From assembly GCF_003334255.1 (NCBI RefSeq), contig NZ_QOWU01000042.1: a DNA stretch of 47,091 nucleotides; one strand, 5' to 3'. Source of the stretch: Escherichia coli (GTDB lineage: Bacteria > Pseudomonadota > Gammaproteobacteria > Enterobacterales > Enterobacteriaceae). Under the pieces are notes generated by a model. The model had not been told where the DNA came from. It did not search any database and worked only from the letters and a program-made list of their open reading frames with translations. This document shows, piece after piece, positions 7,801 through 18,989 of this stretch. Position 1 is the stretch's first letter. Each line of letters opens with the position of its first letter. The position numbers were made by a program, and so were the translations under genes.

Positions 7801-8782
7801 TTTGCCACTGATGATCACCATCGGCGTCTTTGTGTTGGGTTATCTTTACTGCCTGACCCAGTTTCCCGGTTTTGCTTCCACAAGAGTGATCTGCAATATC
7901 CTGACCGATAACGCCTTTCTTGGGATCATTGCCGTTGGCATGACCTTTGTGATCCTCTCCGGTGGGATCGATCTCTCCGTCGGTTCGGTGATCGCCTTTA
8001 CTGGCGTGTTTCTGGCAAAAGTGATTGGCGATTTCGGCCTCTCGCCGCTACTGGCGTTTCCGCTAGTGCTGGTGATGGGCTGTGCCTTCGGCGCATTTAT
8101 GGGGCTTTTGATCGACGCCCTGAAGATCCCGGCATTTATCATTACCCTGGCGGGGATGTTCTTTTTGCGCGGTGTCAGCTATCTCGTTTCGGAAGAGTCG
8201 ATTCCGATAAACCATCCCATTTATGACACGCTCTCAAGCCTTGCGTGGAAAATCCCTGGCGGCGGTCGCTTAAGTGCGATGGGACTGCTGATGTTGGCGG
8301 TGGTGGTTATCGGTATTTTCCTCGCGCATCGTACCCGTTTTGGTAATCAGGTATACGCCATTGGCGGCAACGCAACGTCGGCGAACCTGATGGGGATTTC
8401 CACTCGCAGCACCACTATTCGCATTTATATGCTCTCCACCGGACTGGCAACGCTGGCGGGGATTGTCTTCTCGATTTATACCCAGGCCGGATATGCGCTG
8501 GCGGGCGTAGGTGTGGAACTGGATGCTATCGCCTCAGTGGTAATTGGCGGTACGCTTCTGAGCGGTGGCGTTGGAACGGTATTAGGGACGCTTTTTGGCG
8601 TGGCGATTCAGGGGCTAATACAGACTTATATCAACTTTGATGGCACGCTGAGCTCATGGTGGACGAAAATCGCCATCGGTATTTTGTTATTTATTTTTAT
8701 AGCATTACAGCGTGGATTAACGGTGCTGTGGGAGAATCGTCAGAGTTCGCCTGTGACAAGAGTCAACATTGCGCAGCGATAA
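7787..8782 (+). CDS. yjfF: galactofuranose ABC transporter permease
   Basis: 331 aa, MIKRNLPLMITIGVFVLGYLY... matches K-12 YjfF. It overlaps the end of ytfT. Confidence 0.95.
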   Translation: MIKRNLPLMITIGVFVLGYLYCLTQFPGFASTRVICNILTDNAFLGIIAVGMTFVILSGGIDLSVGSVIAFTGVFLAKVIGDFGLSPLLAFPLVLVMGCAFGAFMGLLIDALKIPAFIITLAGMFFLRGVSYLVSEESIPINHPIYDTLSSLAWKIPGGGRLSAMGLLMLAVVVIGIFLAHRTRFGNQVYAIGGNATSANLMGISTRSTTIRIYMLSTGLATLAGIVFSIYTQAGYALAGVGVELDAIASVVIGGTLLSGGVGTVLGTLFGVAIQGLIQTYINFDGTLSSWWTKIAIGILLFIFIALQRGLTVLWENRQSSPVTRVNIAQR

Positions 8783-8807
8783 AAACGCCTCTCCGTGTGG
8801 AGAGGCG
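8781..8807 (-). terminator. fbp terminator (hairpin shared with the convergent yjfF)
   Basis: cgcctctcc-gtgt-ggagaggcg (8786-8807). On the minus strand it is followed by UUUUU (A-run 8781-8785). Confidence 0.8.
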
Positions 8808-8814
8808 CAGGAGA

Positions 8815-9813
8815 TTACGCGTCCGGGAACTCACGGATAAAGCGTTCGACATCTTCAACCATATGGTCGTTGCCGACAAAGAACGAACGGCGCTGGTGCA
8901 GAGTTTCCGGGATGATATCCAGAATACGCTCTTTGCCATCGCTCGCTTTACCGCCCGCTTGTTCCGCCAGGAATGCCATCGGGTTGCACTCATACAGCAA
9001 ACGCAGTTTGCCGTCCGGGTGGCTGGCGGTGCTTGGGTAGAGATAAATACCGCCTTTCAGCAGGTTACGGTGGAAATCCGCGACCAGTGAACCGATATAA
9101 CGTGAGGTATAAGGGCGGTTGGTGGACTTATCTTCTTCCTGGCAGAATTTAATGTACTTCTTCACCCCGTTCGGAAACTTAATGTAGTTTCCTTCGTTGA
9201 TGGAGTAGGTTTTGCCTTTCTCCGGGAAGCGCATCCGTTCCTGGCACAGACAGAAAACGCCCAGCGAAGGATCGTAAGTAAAGGCGTGAACACCGCATCC
9301 GGTGGTGTAAACCAGCATGGTAGAGGAGCCGTATACCACGTAACCTGCCGCAACCTGTTTGTTACCAGGCTGGAGGAAATCTTCTTCCGTTACCGGCGTG
9401 CCAACAGGCGTAACGCGGCGGTAGATGGAGAAAATGGTACCGACAGAGACGTTAACATCGATGTTGGACGAGCCATCCAGTGGGTCCATCAGCACCACGT
9501 ATTTTGCGTGTTCACAGCCTTCAAAGACGACAATCTCATCTTCTTCTTCAGAGGCAATGCCCGCAACGATATCGCGTGCTTTCAGTGCGGCTTTCAGTTT
9601 TTCATTAGCGAACAAGTCGAGTTTCTGCTGAACCTCGCCCTGCACGTTCTCAGCACCGCTGGCACCCAGGATATCAACCAGTCCTGCTTTGTTGATATCG
9701 CGATGGATAATCTTGGCGCCCAGTTTTATTGCCGACAGCAAAGCAGTGAGCTCACCGGTAGCATGAGAAAACTCGTGCTGCTTTTCGACAATAAATTCAC
9801 CTAACGTTTTCAT
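8815..9813 (-). CDS. fbp: fructose-1,6-bisphosphatase class I
   Basis: The internal start [15 protein letters not shown] (ATG at 9813) gives 332 aa, matching K-12 Fbp. The longer ORF extending to 9996 is rejected. Confidence 0.97.
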
Positions 9814-9988
9814 AAAACTTTCCCTGCAATGTTTATGGAGTAAAGCGACCGCAACAATCTTAACAAATAATCTCAATGTTGCGCTCAGGTGAATCGCGCC
9901 AGCAAATTGCGGATTATCCTGAAATGCGTTTCTCACTTGCCCGACATATGCGTAAAATGAGCGGCAGATTAAAAAAGGATAGTGACGT

Positions 9989-11362
9989 ATGCGCATTCAT
10001 ATTTTAGGAATTTGTGGCACGTTTATGGGCGGTCTGGCGATGCTGGCGCGCCAGTTAGGCCATGAAGTAACGGGTTCGGACGCCAATGTGTATCCGCCGA
10101 TGAGCACCTTACTTGAGAAGCAAGGCATTGAACTGATTCAGGGTTACGATGCCAGCCAGCTCGATCCGCAGCCGGATCTGGTGATTATTGGCAACGCCAT
10201 GACCCGTGGAAATCCGTGTGTGGAAGCGGTACTGGAAAAAAACATCCCTTATATGTCAGGTCCACAGTGGCTGCACGATTTTGTGCTGCGCGACCGCTGG
10301 GTGCTGGCCGTTGCCGGTACACATGGCAAAACCACCACCGCGGGAATGGCAACCTGGATTCTGGAACAGTGCGGTTACAAACCGGGATTTGTGATCGGCG
10401 GTGTGCCGGGGAACTTTGAGGTTTCGGCGCGTCTGGGCGAAAGCGACTTCTTTGTTATCGAAGCGGATGAGTATGACTGCGCCTTCTTCGACAAACGCTC
10501 TAAATTTGTCCATTACTGCCCACGTACGCTGATCCTCAACAACCTTGAGTTCGATCACGCCGATATCTTTGACGACCTGAAAGCGATCCAGAAACAGTTC
10601 CACCATCTGGTGCGTATCGTTCCGGGGCAGGGCCGTATTATCTGGCCAGAAAACGACATCAACCTGAAACAGACCATGGCGATGGGCTGCTGGAGCGAGC
10701 AGGAGCTGGTGGGTGAGCAGGGGCACTGGCAGGCGAAAAAGCTGACCACCGATGCTTCCGAATGGGAAGTTTTGCTGGATGGCGAAAAAGTGGGCGAAGT
10801 GAAATGGTCGCTGGTAGGCGAACATAATATGCACAATGGCCTGATGGCGATTGCGGCGGCTCGCCATGTTGGTGTAGCGCCGGCAGATGCCGCTAACGCG
10901 CTGGGTTCGTTTATTAACGCTCGTCGCCGTCTGGAGTTGCGTGGTGAAGCGAATGGCGTCACGGTATATGACGATTTTGCCCATCACCCAACGGCGATTC
11001 TGGCAACGCTTGCGGCGCTGCGTGGCAAAGTTGGCGGTACGGCGCGCATTATTGCCGTGCTGGAACCGCGCTCGAATACCATGAAAATGGGGATCTGCAA
11101 AGACGATCTGGCACCTTCATTAGGTCGTGCCGATGAAGTCTTCCTGCTGCAACCGGCGCATATTCCGTGGCAGGTGGCAGAAGTGGCAGAAGCCTGCGTT
11201 CAGCCTGCACACTGGAGTGGCGATGTGGATACGCTGGCAGATATGGTGGTGAAAACCGCTCAGCCTGGCGACCATATTCTGGTGATGAGCAACGGCGGTT
11301 TTGGTGGGATCCATCAGAAACTGCTGGATGGTCTGGCGAAGAAGGCGGAAGCCGCGCAGTAA
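9989..11362 (+). CDS. mpl: UDP-N-acetylmuramate:L-Ala-gamma-D-Glu-meso-DAP ligase (murein peptide ligase)
   Basis: 457 aa, [31 protein letters not shown]... matches K-12 Mpl. Confidence 0.97.
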
Positions 11363-11372
11363 TTCGGCCTTA

Positions 11373-11491
11373 GCCTGATATAGTGTGCGTAGGCCGGATA
11401 AGGCGTTCACGCCGCATCCGGCATTTGAGCATAGTGCCTGATGCGACGCTTGATGCGTCTTATCAGGCCTACAGGTGCACCGCATCCGGCA
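11373..11491. repeat. REP/BIME cluster
   Basis: At least three REP units (gtaggccggataaggcgttcacgccgcatccggca; gcctgatgcgacgcttgatgcgtcttatcaggcctac; caccgcatccggca). Confidence 0.9.
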
Positions 11492-11517
11492 AACCATACT
11501 CACATCAACAACGAAAA

Positions 11518-12069
11518 TTACCCTTCATTCTCCGCCAGTTCGCGCAGATACTGGAAAATCTGGCGTGCGGATTTCGGCGGCTTATTCCCTTCTTTCTCTT
11601 TCTTCGCGTTGCGGATCAGAGTACGCAGTTGCTGACGATCGGCATCGGGCCACAGATTTAATACCTCAGCGATGGCGTCATCACCTTGATCGATCAGACG
11701 ATCGCGCAGGTTTTCCAGTTTATGGAACAGCACCACCTGCTGGTTGTGACGGTTTTTCAGCTTATCCAGCGCCTGACGAATAGGCTCTACGTCGCGCTGG
11801 CGCAGCATCTTACCGATGAGCTGCAACTGGCGGCGGCGACCTTCCATCTTAATACGCTGGGCGAGCTCAATAGCCGCGCGCAGATCCGCATCTAACGGGA
11901 TCTTATCCAGCGCGTTTTTCCCCAGATCAACAATTTCCGCGCCAAGGCGTTTTAGCTCCTCGGCATCACGTTTAATTTCACTTTTACTGACCCAGATAAT
12001 TTCATCGTCTTCGTCTTCGATGTCATCACCGGGAACGTCGTCGAGCCAGTCTTCGGGCTGCTTAGTCAT
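11518..12069 (-). CDS. yjgA: ribosome-associated protein YjgA (DarP)
   Basis: The start at [16 protein letters not shown] (ATG 12069) gives 183 aa, matching K-12 YjgA. Confidence 0.95.
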
Positions 12070-12164
12070 CTCAGGCTCCTTAAAAAAAAAGAGGCTAATG
12101 TTACCAGTTAAGATGCGCACTGAAAAACGGTTCTCTGTTAGACTTCAGAGAAACTCTCTACATT

Positions 12165-13517
12165 ATGGCACTTGCAATGAAAGTAATCTCTCAAGTTGAA
12201 GCGCAGCGCAAGATTCTGGAAGAAGCAGTTTCCACTGCGCTGGAGTTGGCCTCAGGCAAATCGGACGGTGCGGAAGTTGCCGTCAGCAAGACCACCGGCA
12301 TTAGCGTAAGCACGCGTTATGGTGAAGTGGAGAATGTTGAATTCAATAGCGATGGCGCGCTGGGGATCACTGTTTATCACCAGAACCGCAAAGGTAGCGC
12401 ATCATCCACCGATTTAAGCCCGCAGGCCATTGCCCGTACTGTACAGGCGGCGCTGGATATTGCCCGTTATACCTCGCCAGATCCCTGTGCCGGCGTGGCA
12501 GACAAAGAGCTGCTGGCCTTTGACGCACCAGATCTCGACTTGTTCCACCCTGCGGAAGTTTCCCCGGATGAAGCCATTGAACTGGCGGCCCGCGCAGAAC
12601 AGGCGGCATTGCAGGCGGACAAACGCATCACCAATACCGAAGGTGGCAGCTTTAACAGCCACTACGGTGTCAAAGTTTTTGGCAACAGCCACGGCATGTT
12701 GCAGGGTTACTGCTCAACGCGTCATTCGCTCTCCAGCTGTGTAATTGCCGAAGAAAATGGCGATATGGAGCGTGATTACGCCTACACCATTGGTCGTGCG
12801 ATGAGCGATCTGCAAACGCCAGAGTGGGTTGGGGCCGACTGTGCTCGCCGTACTTTATCGCGCCTGTCACCGCGTAAACTCTCCACCATGAAAGCGCCGG
12901 TCATTTTTGCCAATGAAGTGGCAACCGGGCTTTTTGGCCATCTGGTGGGGGCGATAGCGGGTGGATCGGTTTACCGTAAATCCACCTTCCTGCTGGATTC
13001 GCTGGGTAAACAAATTCTGCCGGACTGGCTGACCATTGAAGAGCATCCGCATCTGCTGAAAGGGCTGGCATCGACGCCATTTGACAGCGAAGGTGTGCGC
13101 ACCGAGCGTCGCGATATTATTAAAGATGGCATCCTGACTCAGTGGCTGCTGACCAGCTACTCGGCGCGGAAACTGGGGCTGAAAAGCACCGGACATGCGG
13201 GCGGTATTCACAACTGGCGGATTGCCGGACAAGGGCTAAGCTTCGAACAAATGCTCAAAGAGATGGGTACCGGGCTGGTGGTGACGGAGCTGATGGGCCA
13301 GGGCGTGAGTGCCATTACCGGTGATTATTCCCGTGGTGCAGCGGGCTTCTGGGTAGAGAATGGCGAAATTCAGTATCCGGTTAGCGAAATCACCATCGCA
13401 GGTAATTTAAAAGATATGTGGCGCAATATTGTCACCGTCGGTAACGATATTGAAACACGCAGTAATATACAGTGTGGTTCTGTGCTGTTGCCGGAGATGA
13501 AAATCGCCGGGCAGTAA
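12165..13517 (+). CDS. pmbA: metalloprotease PmbA (TldE)
   Basis: 450 aa, [22 protein letters not shown]... matches K-12 PmbA. Confidence 0.97.
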
Positions 13518-13590
13518 AAAACTGGCGCGACCTGCCGCGCTATAAACTAAAAAATTACACAAAATCATTCGCACTGCATCGAGACGGAAA

Positions 13591-13680
13591 GTGAATGAGG
13601 GCCGGGGAGCGTACTCGCAGTACGTGACCCGGGCGAATGAGCGTAGCCGTCGATGAGGCAGTGTGAAGGATGAAGTGTAA
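13591..13680. repeat. unclassified palindromic intergenic element flanked by GAATGAG-type short direct repeats
   Basis: ccgggg-a-gcgtact-cgc-agtacgt-ga-cccgg palindrome (13602-13632), bracketed by gaatgag at 13593-13599 and 13635-13641. Related gatgagg/gatgaag motifs follow. I could not assign a family. Confidence 0.3.
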
Positions 13681-13696
13681 ATAAAAAAGGAAGTGA

Positions 13697-14086
<390 letters not shown>

Positions 14087-14094
14087 TTCCTCAT

Positions 14095-14126
14095 TTCCCT
14101 GTTGCCTGCACTCAGGTAACAGGGAA
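14095..14126. terminator. 9-bp-stem hairpin between convergent cybC and nrdG (probable bidirectional terminator)
   Basis: ttccctgtt (14095-14103) pairs with aacagggaa (14118-14126). There are no strong U tracts on either side. Confidence 0.5.
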
Positions 14127-14130
14127 CTTA

Positions 14131-14595
14131 TCATCGCAAATGATGCACCACCTGATTGCTGCTGCCGCGCCAGATCAGGGAAGGGTCTTTTAAATCCTGC
14201 ACAAATTTGCCGTCGACCAGTACGTTAATCAAATCAACAACCTGCATTTGCGCAGCGTTGAGATCGTCGAGTTTATAGCCTGTCCACACCCAGATGTCTT
14301 TATCCGGACACTCGGCGCGGATGCGTTTTACCAGTTTCAGAATATCCGGCACGTTTTGCGGATGCAGCGGATCGCCGCCGGAGAGGGAAATCCCCTGGCG
14401 TTTGATACGAGTGTCATTCAGATCGTTAATGATCTGGTCTTCCATTGCTTTGGTAAATGGCTGACCAGAATTTACCCGCCATGTGCTTTTGTTATAGCAA
14501 CCGGGGCATTCATGAACACACCCGGAGACAAACAGGGTGCAGCGAGTGCCGGGGCCGTTGACGATGTCGACAGGATAGTACTGATGATAATTCAT
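14131..14595 (-). CDS. nrdG: anaerobic ribonucleotide reductase activating protein (radical SAM)
   Basis: 154 aa with the CxxxCxxC cluster (GCVHECPGCYN). Matches K-12 NrdG. Confidence 0.97.
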   Translation of the reverse strand: MNYHQYYPVDIVNGPGTRCTLFVSGCVHECPGCYNKSTWRVNSGQPFTKAMEDQIINDLNDTRIKRQGISLSGGDPLHPQNVPDILKLVKRIRAECPDKDIWVWTGYKLDDLNAAQMQVVDLINVLVDGKFVQDLKDPSLIWRGSSNQVVHHLR

Positions 14596-14601
14596 TATTT
14601 C

Positions 14602-14730
<129 letters not shown>

Positions 14731-14752
14731 TTTGCTTAACGTAGAGTGAAGA

Positions 14753-16891
14753 TTAACCTATCTGCCCATTTCCCAAATGTTTAACGCGGCGCTTAACTTC
14801 TTCCTGCTTACCGGCGTTAAATGGACGTGCATCCGGGCTACCTAAATATCCGCACACGCGGCGAGTTACCGACACACGGGAGGCGTCATGGTTACCACAT
14901 TTCGGGCAAGTGAAGCCTTTGCTGGTGCACTCGAACTCACCGGTAAAGCCACACTCGTAGCACTCATCAATCGGTGTATTGGTGCCGTAATACGGTACAT
15001 GCTGATAGCTGTAATCCCAGACATCTTCCAGCGCCTTCAGGTTGTGCTGAATGTTTGGATACTCGCCGTAGCAAATGAAACCACCGTTCGCCAGCGGCGG
15101 GTAAGGCGCTTCAAAGTCGATCTTGTCGTACGGGTTCACCTTCTTCTCCACATCGAGGTGGAAACTGTTGGTGTAGTAACCTTTATCGGTCACGCCCGGC
15201 ACCACGCCAAACTCAGCAGTATCGAGACGGCAGAAGCGGTCGCACAGGTTTTCACTCGGCGTGCTGTAGAGACTGAAACCATAACCCGTTTCTTCTTTCC
15301 ACTGATCCACTGCCTGACGCAGACGTTCAACAATGGCGATACCTTTCGCGCGAAGCTGCTCGTTGTCGTAAACATGCTCGCCGCCGAACAGCGCGTTAAT
15401 GGTTTCGTGGATGCCGATGTAACCCAGCGAAATAGACGCACGACCGTTTTTGAAGATTTCAGAAACATCATCGTCAGCATTGAGACGCACGCCACAAGCA
15501 CCTTCCATATAGAGGATCGGGGCCACGCGCGCTTTCACGCCTTCGAGACGAGCGATACGGGTCATCAGCGCCTTACGTGCCAGCACCAGACGTTCATCCA
15601 GCAGCTTCCAGAAGGTGGCTTCATCGCCTTTTGCTTCCAGAGCAATACGCGGCAGGTTCAGGCTGATCACGCCGAGGTTGTTACGACCATCGTGGATCTG
15701 CTCGCCGTTTTCATTTTCCCACACGCCGAGGAAGCTGCGGCAGCCCATCGGGGTTTTAAACGAACCGGTGACTTTCACTACCTGATCGTAGTTCAGGATA
15801 TCCGGATACATGCGCTTGCTTGCGCACTCCAGCGCCAGCTGTTTGATGTCGTAGTTCGGATCGCCTTTTTTATGGTTCAGACCATCGCGAATCGCAAACA
15901 CCAGTTTCGGGAACACCGCAGTTTTACGGTTTTTACCGAGACCTGCGATACGGTTACGCAGGATAGATTCCTGAATCAGGCGCGATTCCCAGCTGGTGCC
16001 CAGACCAAAACCAAAAGTTACAAACGGCGTTTGACCGTTGGCGGTATGCAGGGTGTTTACTTCGTACTCCAGCGACTGGAAGGCATCGTAGCACTCTTTA
16101 ATGGTACGAGAGTTAGCGTAGCCTTCTGCGTCCGGGATGCTCCACTCTTCTGCGGTCTTGCGATGTTTGTTGTAGCTGGCGGTGACAAACGGTGCCAGCA
16201 CTTCATCGATACGGTTAATGGTGGTGCCGCCATAAATATGGCTGGCAACCTGAGCAATAATCTGCGCAGTTACCGCGGTTGCCGTTGAGATCGACTTCGG
16301 CGGTTCAATCTCGGCGTTCCCCATTTTAAAGCCCTGGGTCAGCATGCCTTTCAGGTCGATCAACATGCAGTTGAACATCGGGAAAAACGGTGAGTAATCG
16401 AGATCGTGATAGTGAATATCGCCACGCTCATGTGCCTGCACCACGTCACGCGGCAGCAGGTGCTGACGTGCATAGTGTTTAGCCACGATCCCGGCCAGCA
16501 GGTCGCGCTGGGTTGGAATCACCTTGCTGTCTTTGTTGGCGTTTTCGTTGAGTAACGAGGCGTTGGTCTGCTCGACCAGACCACGGATCTCCTGGTTCAG
16601 GCGACCGCGTTTTTCACGTTCAATGTCGCGATCGTGACGGTACTCGATGTAAGCACGAGCCAGTTGTTTGTATGGACCCGACATCAGCTGGTTTTCAACT
16701 GCGGTCTGGATCTCATTGATATCCACCTGGTTGCGGCCCTGCATCTGCTCGCTGACAACCGCGGCAACAGTGGCGCAATAATCGGCATCATCGACTTCCG
16801 CTGCTTTAGCTGCACGCAGAATCGCTTCTTTGATGCGCTCTGATTTAAACGGCACTTTGCAGCCGTCTCGTTTCATCACATGCGGTGTCAT
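14753..16891 (-). CDS. nrdD: anaerobic ribonucleoside-triphosphate reductase (class III)
   Basis: 712 aa with an ATP-cone N-terminus, the C-terminal glycyl radical motif (RRVCGYLG) and a Zn ribbon (CxxC...CxxC). Matches K-12 NrdD. Confidence 0.98.
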   Translation of the reverse strand: MTPHVMKRDGCKVPFKSERIKEAILRAAKAAEVDDADYCATVAAVVSEQMQGRNQVDINEIQTAVENQLMSGPYKQLARAYIEYRHDRDIEREKRGRLNQEIRGLVEQTNASLLNENANKDSKVIPTQRDLLAGIVAKHYARQHLLPRDVVQAHERGDIHYHDLDYSPFFPMFNCMLIDLKGMLTQGFKMGNAEIEPPKSISTATAVTAQIIAQVASHIYGGTTINRIDEVLAPFVTASYNKHRKTAEEWSIPDAEGYANSRTIKECYDAFQSLEYEVNTLHTANGQTPFVTFGFGLGTSWESRLIQESILRNRIAGLGKNRKTAVFPKLVFAIRDGLNHKKGDPNYDIKQLALECASKRMYPDILNYDQVVKVTGSFKTPMGCRSFLGVWENENGEQIHDGRNNLGVISLNLPRIALEAKGDEATFWKLLDERLVLARKALMTRIARLEGVKARVAPILYMEGACGVRLNADDDVSEIFKNGRASISLGYIGIHETINALFGGEHVYDNEQLRAKGIAIVERLRQAVDQWKEETGYGFSLYSTPSENLCDRFCRLDTAEFGVVPGVTDKGYYTNSFHLDVEKKVNPYDKIDFEAPYPPLANGGFICYGEYPNIQHNLKALEDVWDYSYQHVPYYGTNTPIDECYECGFTGEFECTSKGFTCPKCGNHDASRVSVTRRVCGYLGSPDARPFNAGKQEEVKRRVKHLGNGQIG

Positions 16892-17052
16892 GATCGCTCC
16901 ATATTTTTAAGAACAGGTTATCCACAGAAATTGGGAAAGGCGTTTTCCGGTTTTTTCGTTTCGTTTTCCGGTGCTTTCCGCAATCGCCATCCGCTTATCC
17001 ACAACGCCGCACCTTTTTCGTGGGGAGCTGTAGTAGCAATTATAGTCGATTA

Positions 17053-17099
17053 ATACAACATATTGGGTTGGGACGCATTTTAAAGTCTATATATAGTGC
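17053..17099 (-). promoter_or_regulatory. two candidate NrdR boxes in the nrdDG promoter
   Basis: atacaacatattgggt (17053-17068) and agtctatatatagtgc (17084-17099). Each matches about 13 of 16 positions of the acaCwAtATaTwGtgt NrdR consensus as I recall it. They are 31 bp apart, about three helical turns. Confidence 0.5.
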
Positions 17100-17140
17100 T
17101 TTGCATCAAGGATGTTTGAACTTTTTTTGATGTAGCTCAA
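17096..17140 (-). promoter_or_regulatory. candidate FNR sites of the nrdDG promoter
   Basis: ttgatgtagctcaa (17127-17140) matches TTGAT-N4-ATCAA closely. A half-site, gtgctttgcatcaa, lies at 17096-17109. The centres are 31 bp apart, consistent with the reported two-FNR-site architecture. Confidence 0.5.
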
Positions 17141-17284
17141 AGTAAAAAGCAGAGCGTACGGATGACGGGCGCTACAGCGTTATGTAAATTTTTTAATGAA
17201 TTTGCTGGTTGAAAAATCAACAAAAACAACATGCTGACAGACAAAACCCCGGAATGACCGGCATTACCGGGGCTTAGGGAAGAT

Positions 17285-18940
17285 TTACTTCTGTAACCAC
17301 CAGACAGCCTCAAAAGGCCGTAAATTCATGGCACAGGGTTGTGGTGAGGCTTCTTCGTAGTTATGCATCACAAGCTGCCAGTTGCCGCGCATTTGCCCTG
17401 GCTGCCAGGGTTGGATCTCACGGCTAAGGTTGGCAATGACCAGCAAGGTTTGCCCCTTCCATTCACGGCGATAGCACCACAATACAGGGCTGTTTGGCAG
17501 CAGATCCTGGTAATTGCCCCATGTCAGGATGGCTTCCTGTTTACGCAGTGCGATTAACTTTTGGTAGGTGTAAAACACCGAGGAATCATCGGCCAGCGCG
17601 GCTTCTACGTTGATTTGTTGATAGTTATCGCCCAGGCCAATCCACGGTTCGCCAGCCGTAAACCCGGCATTATCGCCGTTGCTCCATTGCATGGGCGTGC
17701 GGCTGTTGTCACGGGATTTACTGGCGAGGATTGCCAATAACTCGTCGGCATCACGCCCATCGTTGCGCAGCTCGGCAAACATATTGAGGCTCTCCACGTC
17801 GCGATAGTCAGTAATGCGCGTGAAATGCGGGTTGGTCATGCCAATCTCTTCGCCCTGGTAGATATACGGCGTTCCCTGCATGCCATGCAGCACCATCGCT
17901 AGCATTTTTGCCGCAGGCACGCGGTATTCACCTTCATCACCAAAGCGAGAAACAATGCGCGGCTGATCGTGGTTACACCAGAACAAGGCATTCCATGCTA
18001 CGTTGTGCATTCCTTGTTGCCAGTGGCGGAACAATGTTTTCAACGCCACAAAGTCAGGTTTAGCCAGCGTCCATTTTTCACCACCGGGATAATCGACCTT
18101 CAGGTGATGAAAATTAAAGGTCATCGATAATTCACTGCCTGCCAGTGCCGCGTATCGCTGGCAATGCTCAAGGCTGGTGGAGGACATTTCACCTACGGTC
18201 ATTAACCCGCGTGGCGTAAACACATCGCGGTTCATCTCGTGCAAAAACTCGTGTGCTCGTGGCCCGTCGGTGTAGAAGCGACGCCCGTCGCCATCCAGGT
18301 CTTCAGGGAAACGCGGGTCTTTGGAGATCAGATTCACCACATCCAGGCGCAACCCATCGACCCCACGATCGGCCCAGAATTCACAGACTTTTTTCAGCTC
18401 TGCGCGTACCGCTGGATTCTCCCAGTTGAGATCCGCCTGTTCTGGTGCAAAGAGATGCAAATAGTACTGTTCGCTTTCCGCATGCCAGCGCCACGCACTA
18501 CCGCCAAATTTTGAACGCCAGTTATTCGGTGGCGTTTCTGGTTCGCCATCGCGCCAGATATAAAACTGGCGGTAAGGGCTTTCTTTGTTCAGCGCCTCGC
18601 GAAACCAGGCATGTTGGGTAGAGGTATGGTTAAACACCATATCGAGAATGATACGAATCCCGCGCGATTTTGCCTGCGTCACCAGTTCGTCAAAATCGTC
18701 CAGCGTGCCGTAGGTGGGATCAATCGCCGTATAGTTCGCTACGTCGTAACCGTTATCGACCTGGGGAGAGACATAAAAGGGGGTTAGCCAGATGGCATCA
18801 ACGCCCAGTTTATGCAGATAGTCCAGGCGTTGGATAACGCCACGTAAATCGCCGGTACCGCTACCCGTGGTGTCCTGAAAACTCTTTGGATAAATCTGGT
18901 AGATAACGCCGTTTTGCCACCAGTGGGGAAGATTAGTCAT
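17285..18940 (-). CDS. treC: trehalose-6-phosphate hydrolase
   Basis: The start at MTNLPHWWQNGVIYQIYPKSF (ATG 18940) gives 551 aa, matching K-12 TreC. The longer ORF extending to 19087 overlaps treB and is rejected. Confidence 0.97.
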   Translation of the reverse strand: MTNLPHWWQNGVIYQIYPKSFQDTTGSGTGDLRGVIQRLDYLHKLGVDAIWLTPFYVSPQVDNGYDVANYTAIDPTYGTLDDFDELVTQAKSRGIRIILDMVFNHTSTQHAWFREALNKESPYRQFYIWRDGEPETPPNNWRSKFGGSAWRWHAESEQYYLHLFAPEQADLNWENPAVRAELKKVCEFWADRGVDGLRLDVVNLISKDPRFPEDLDGDGRRFYTDGPRAHEFLHEMNRDVFTPRGLMTVGEMSSTSLEHCQRYAALAGSELSMTFNFHHLKVDYPGGEKWTLAKPDFVALKTLFRHWQQGMHNVAWNALFWCNHDQPRIVSRFGDEGEYRVPAAKMLAMVLHGMQGTPYIYQGEEIGMTNPHFTRITDYRDVESLNMFAELRNDGRDADELLAILASKSRDNSRTPMQWSNGDNAGFTAGEPWIGLGDNYQQINVEAALADDSSVFYTYQKLIALRKQEAILTWGNYQDLLPNSPVLWCYRREWKGQTLLVIANLSREIQPWQPGQMRGNWQLVMHNYEEASPQPCAMNLRPFEAVWWLQK

Positions 18941-18989
18941 TACGTTATTCCTGCGAATGCGAGGGGGCGCAATTGCGCCCCGAAGAAAA

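Noticed and set aside
8815-9996. Long-form start codons from the ORF track for fbp. The same issue applies to treC 19087, yjgA 12120, ridA 25216, bdcA 28362, pyrL 26830, yjgR 44176, int 1837, yjgN 33616 and tabA 29084.
   Set aside because: Internal starts match the known N-termini, have SD sequences and avoid overlap with upstream genes or promoters.
10256-10987. 243-aa minus-strand ORF.
   Set aside because: It is antisense to mpl and is a shadow ORF.
14888-16288. 466-aa plus-strand ORF.
   Set aside because: It is entirely antisense to nrdD, which I recognise with confidence. It has no SD, and its Val/Arg/Thr-rich composition is typical of a shadow ORF.
17207-17220. ttgaaaaatcaa-like sequence upstream of nrdD, considered as a further FNR site.
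   Set aside because: The spacing between half-sites is 2 nt too short for the TTGAT-N4-ATCAA consensus.
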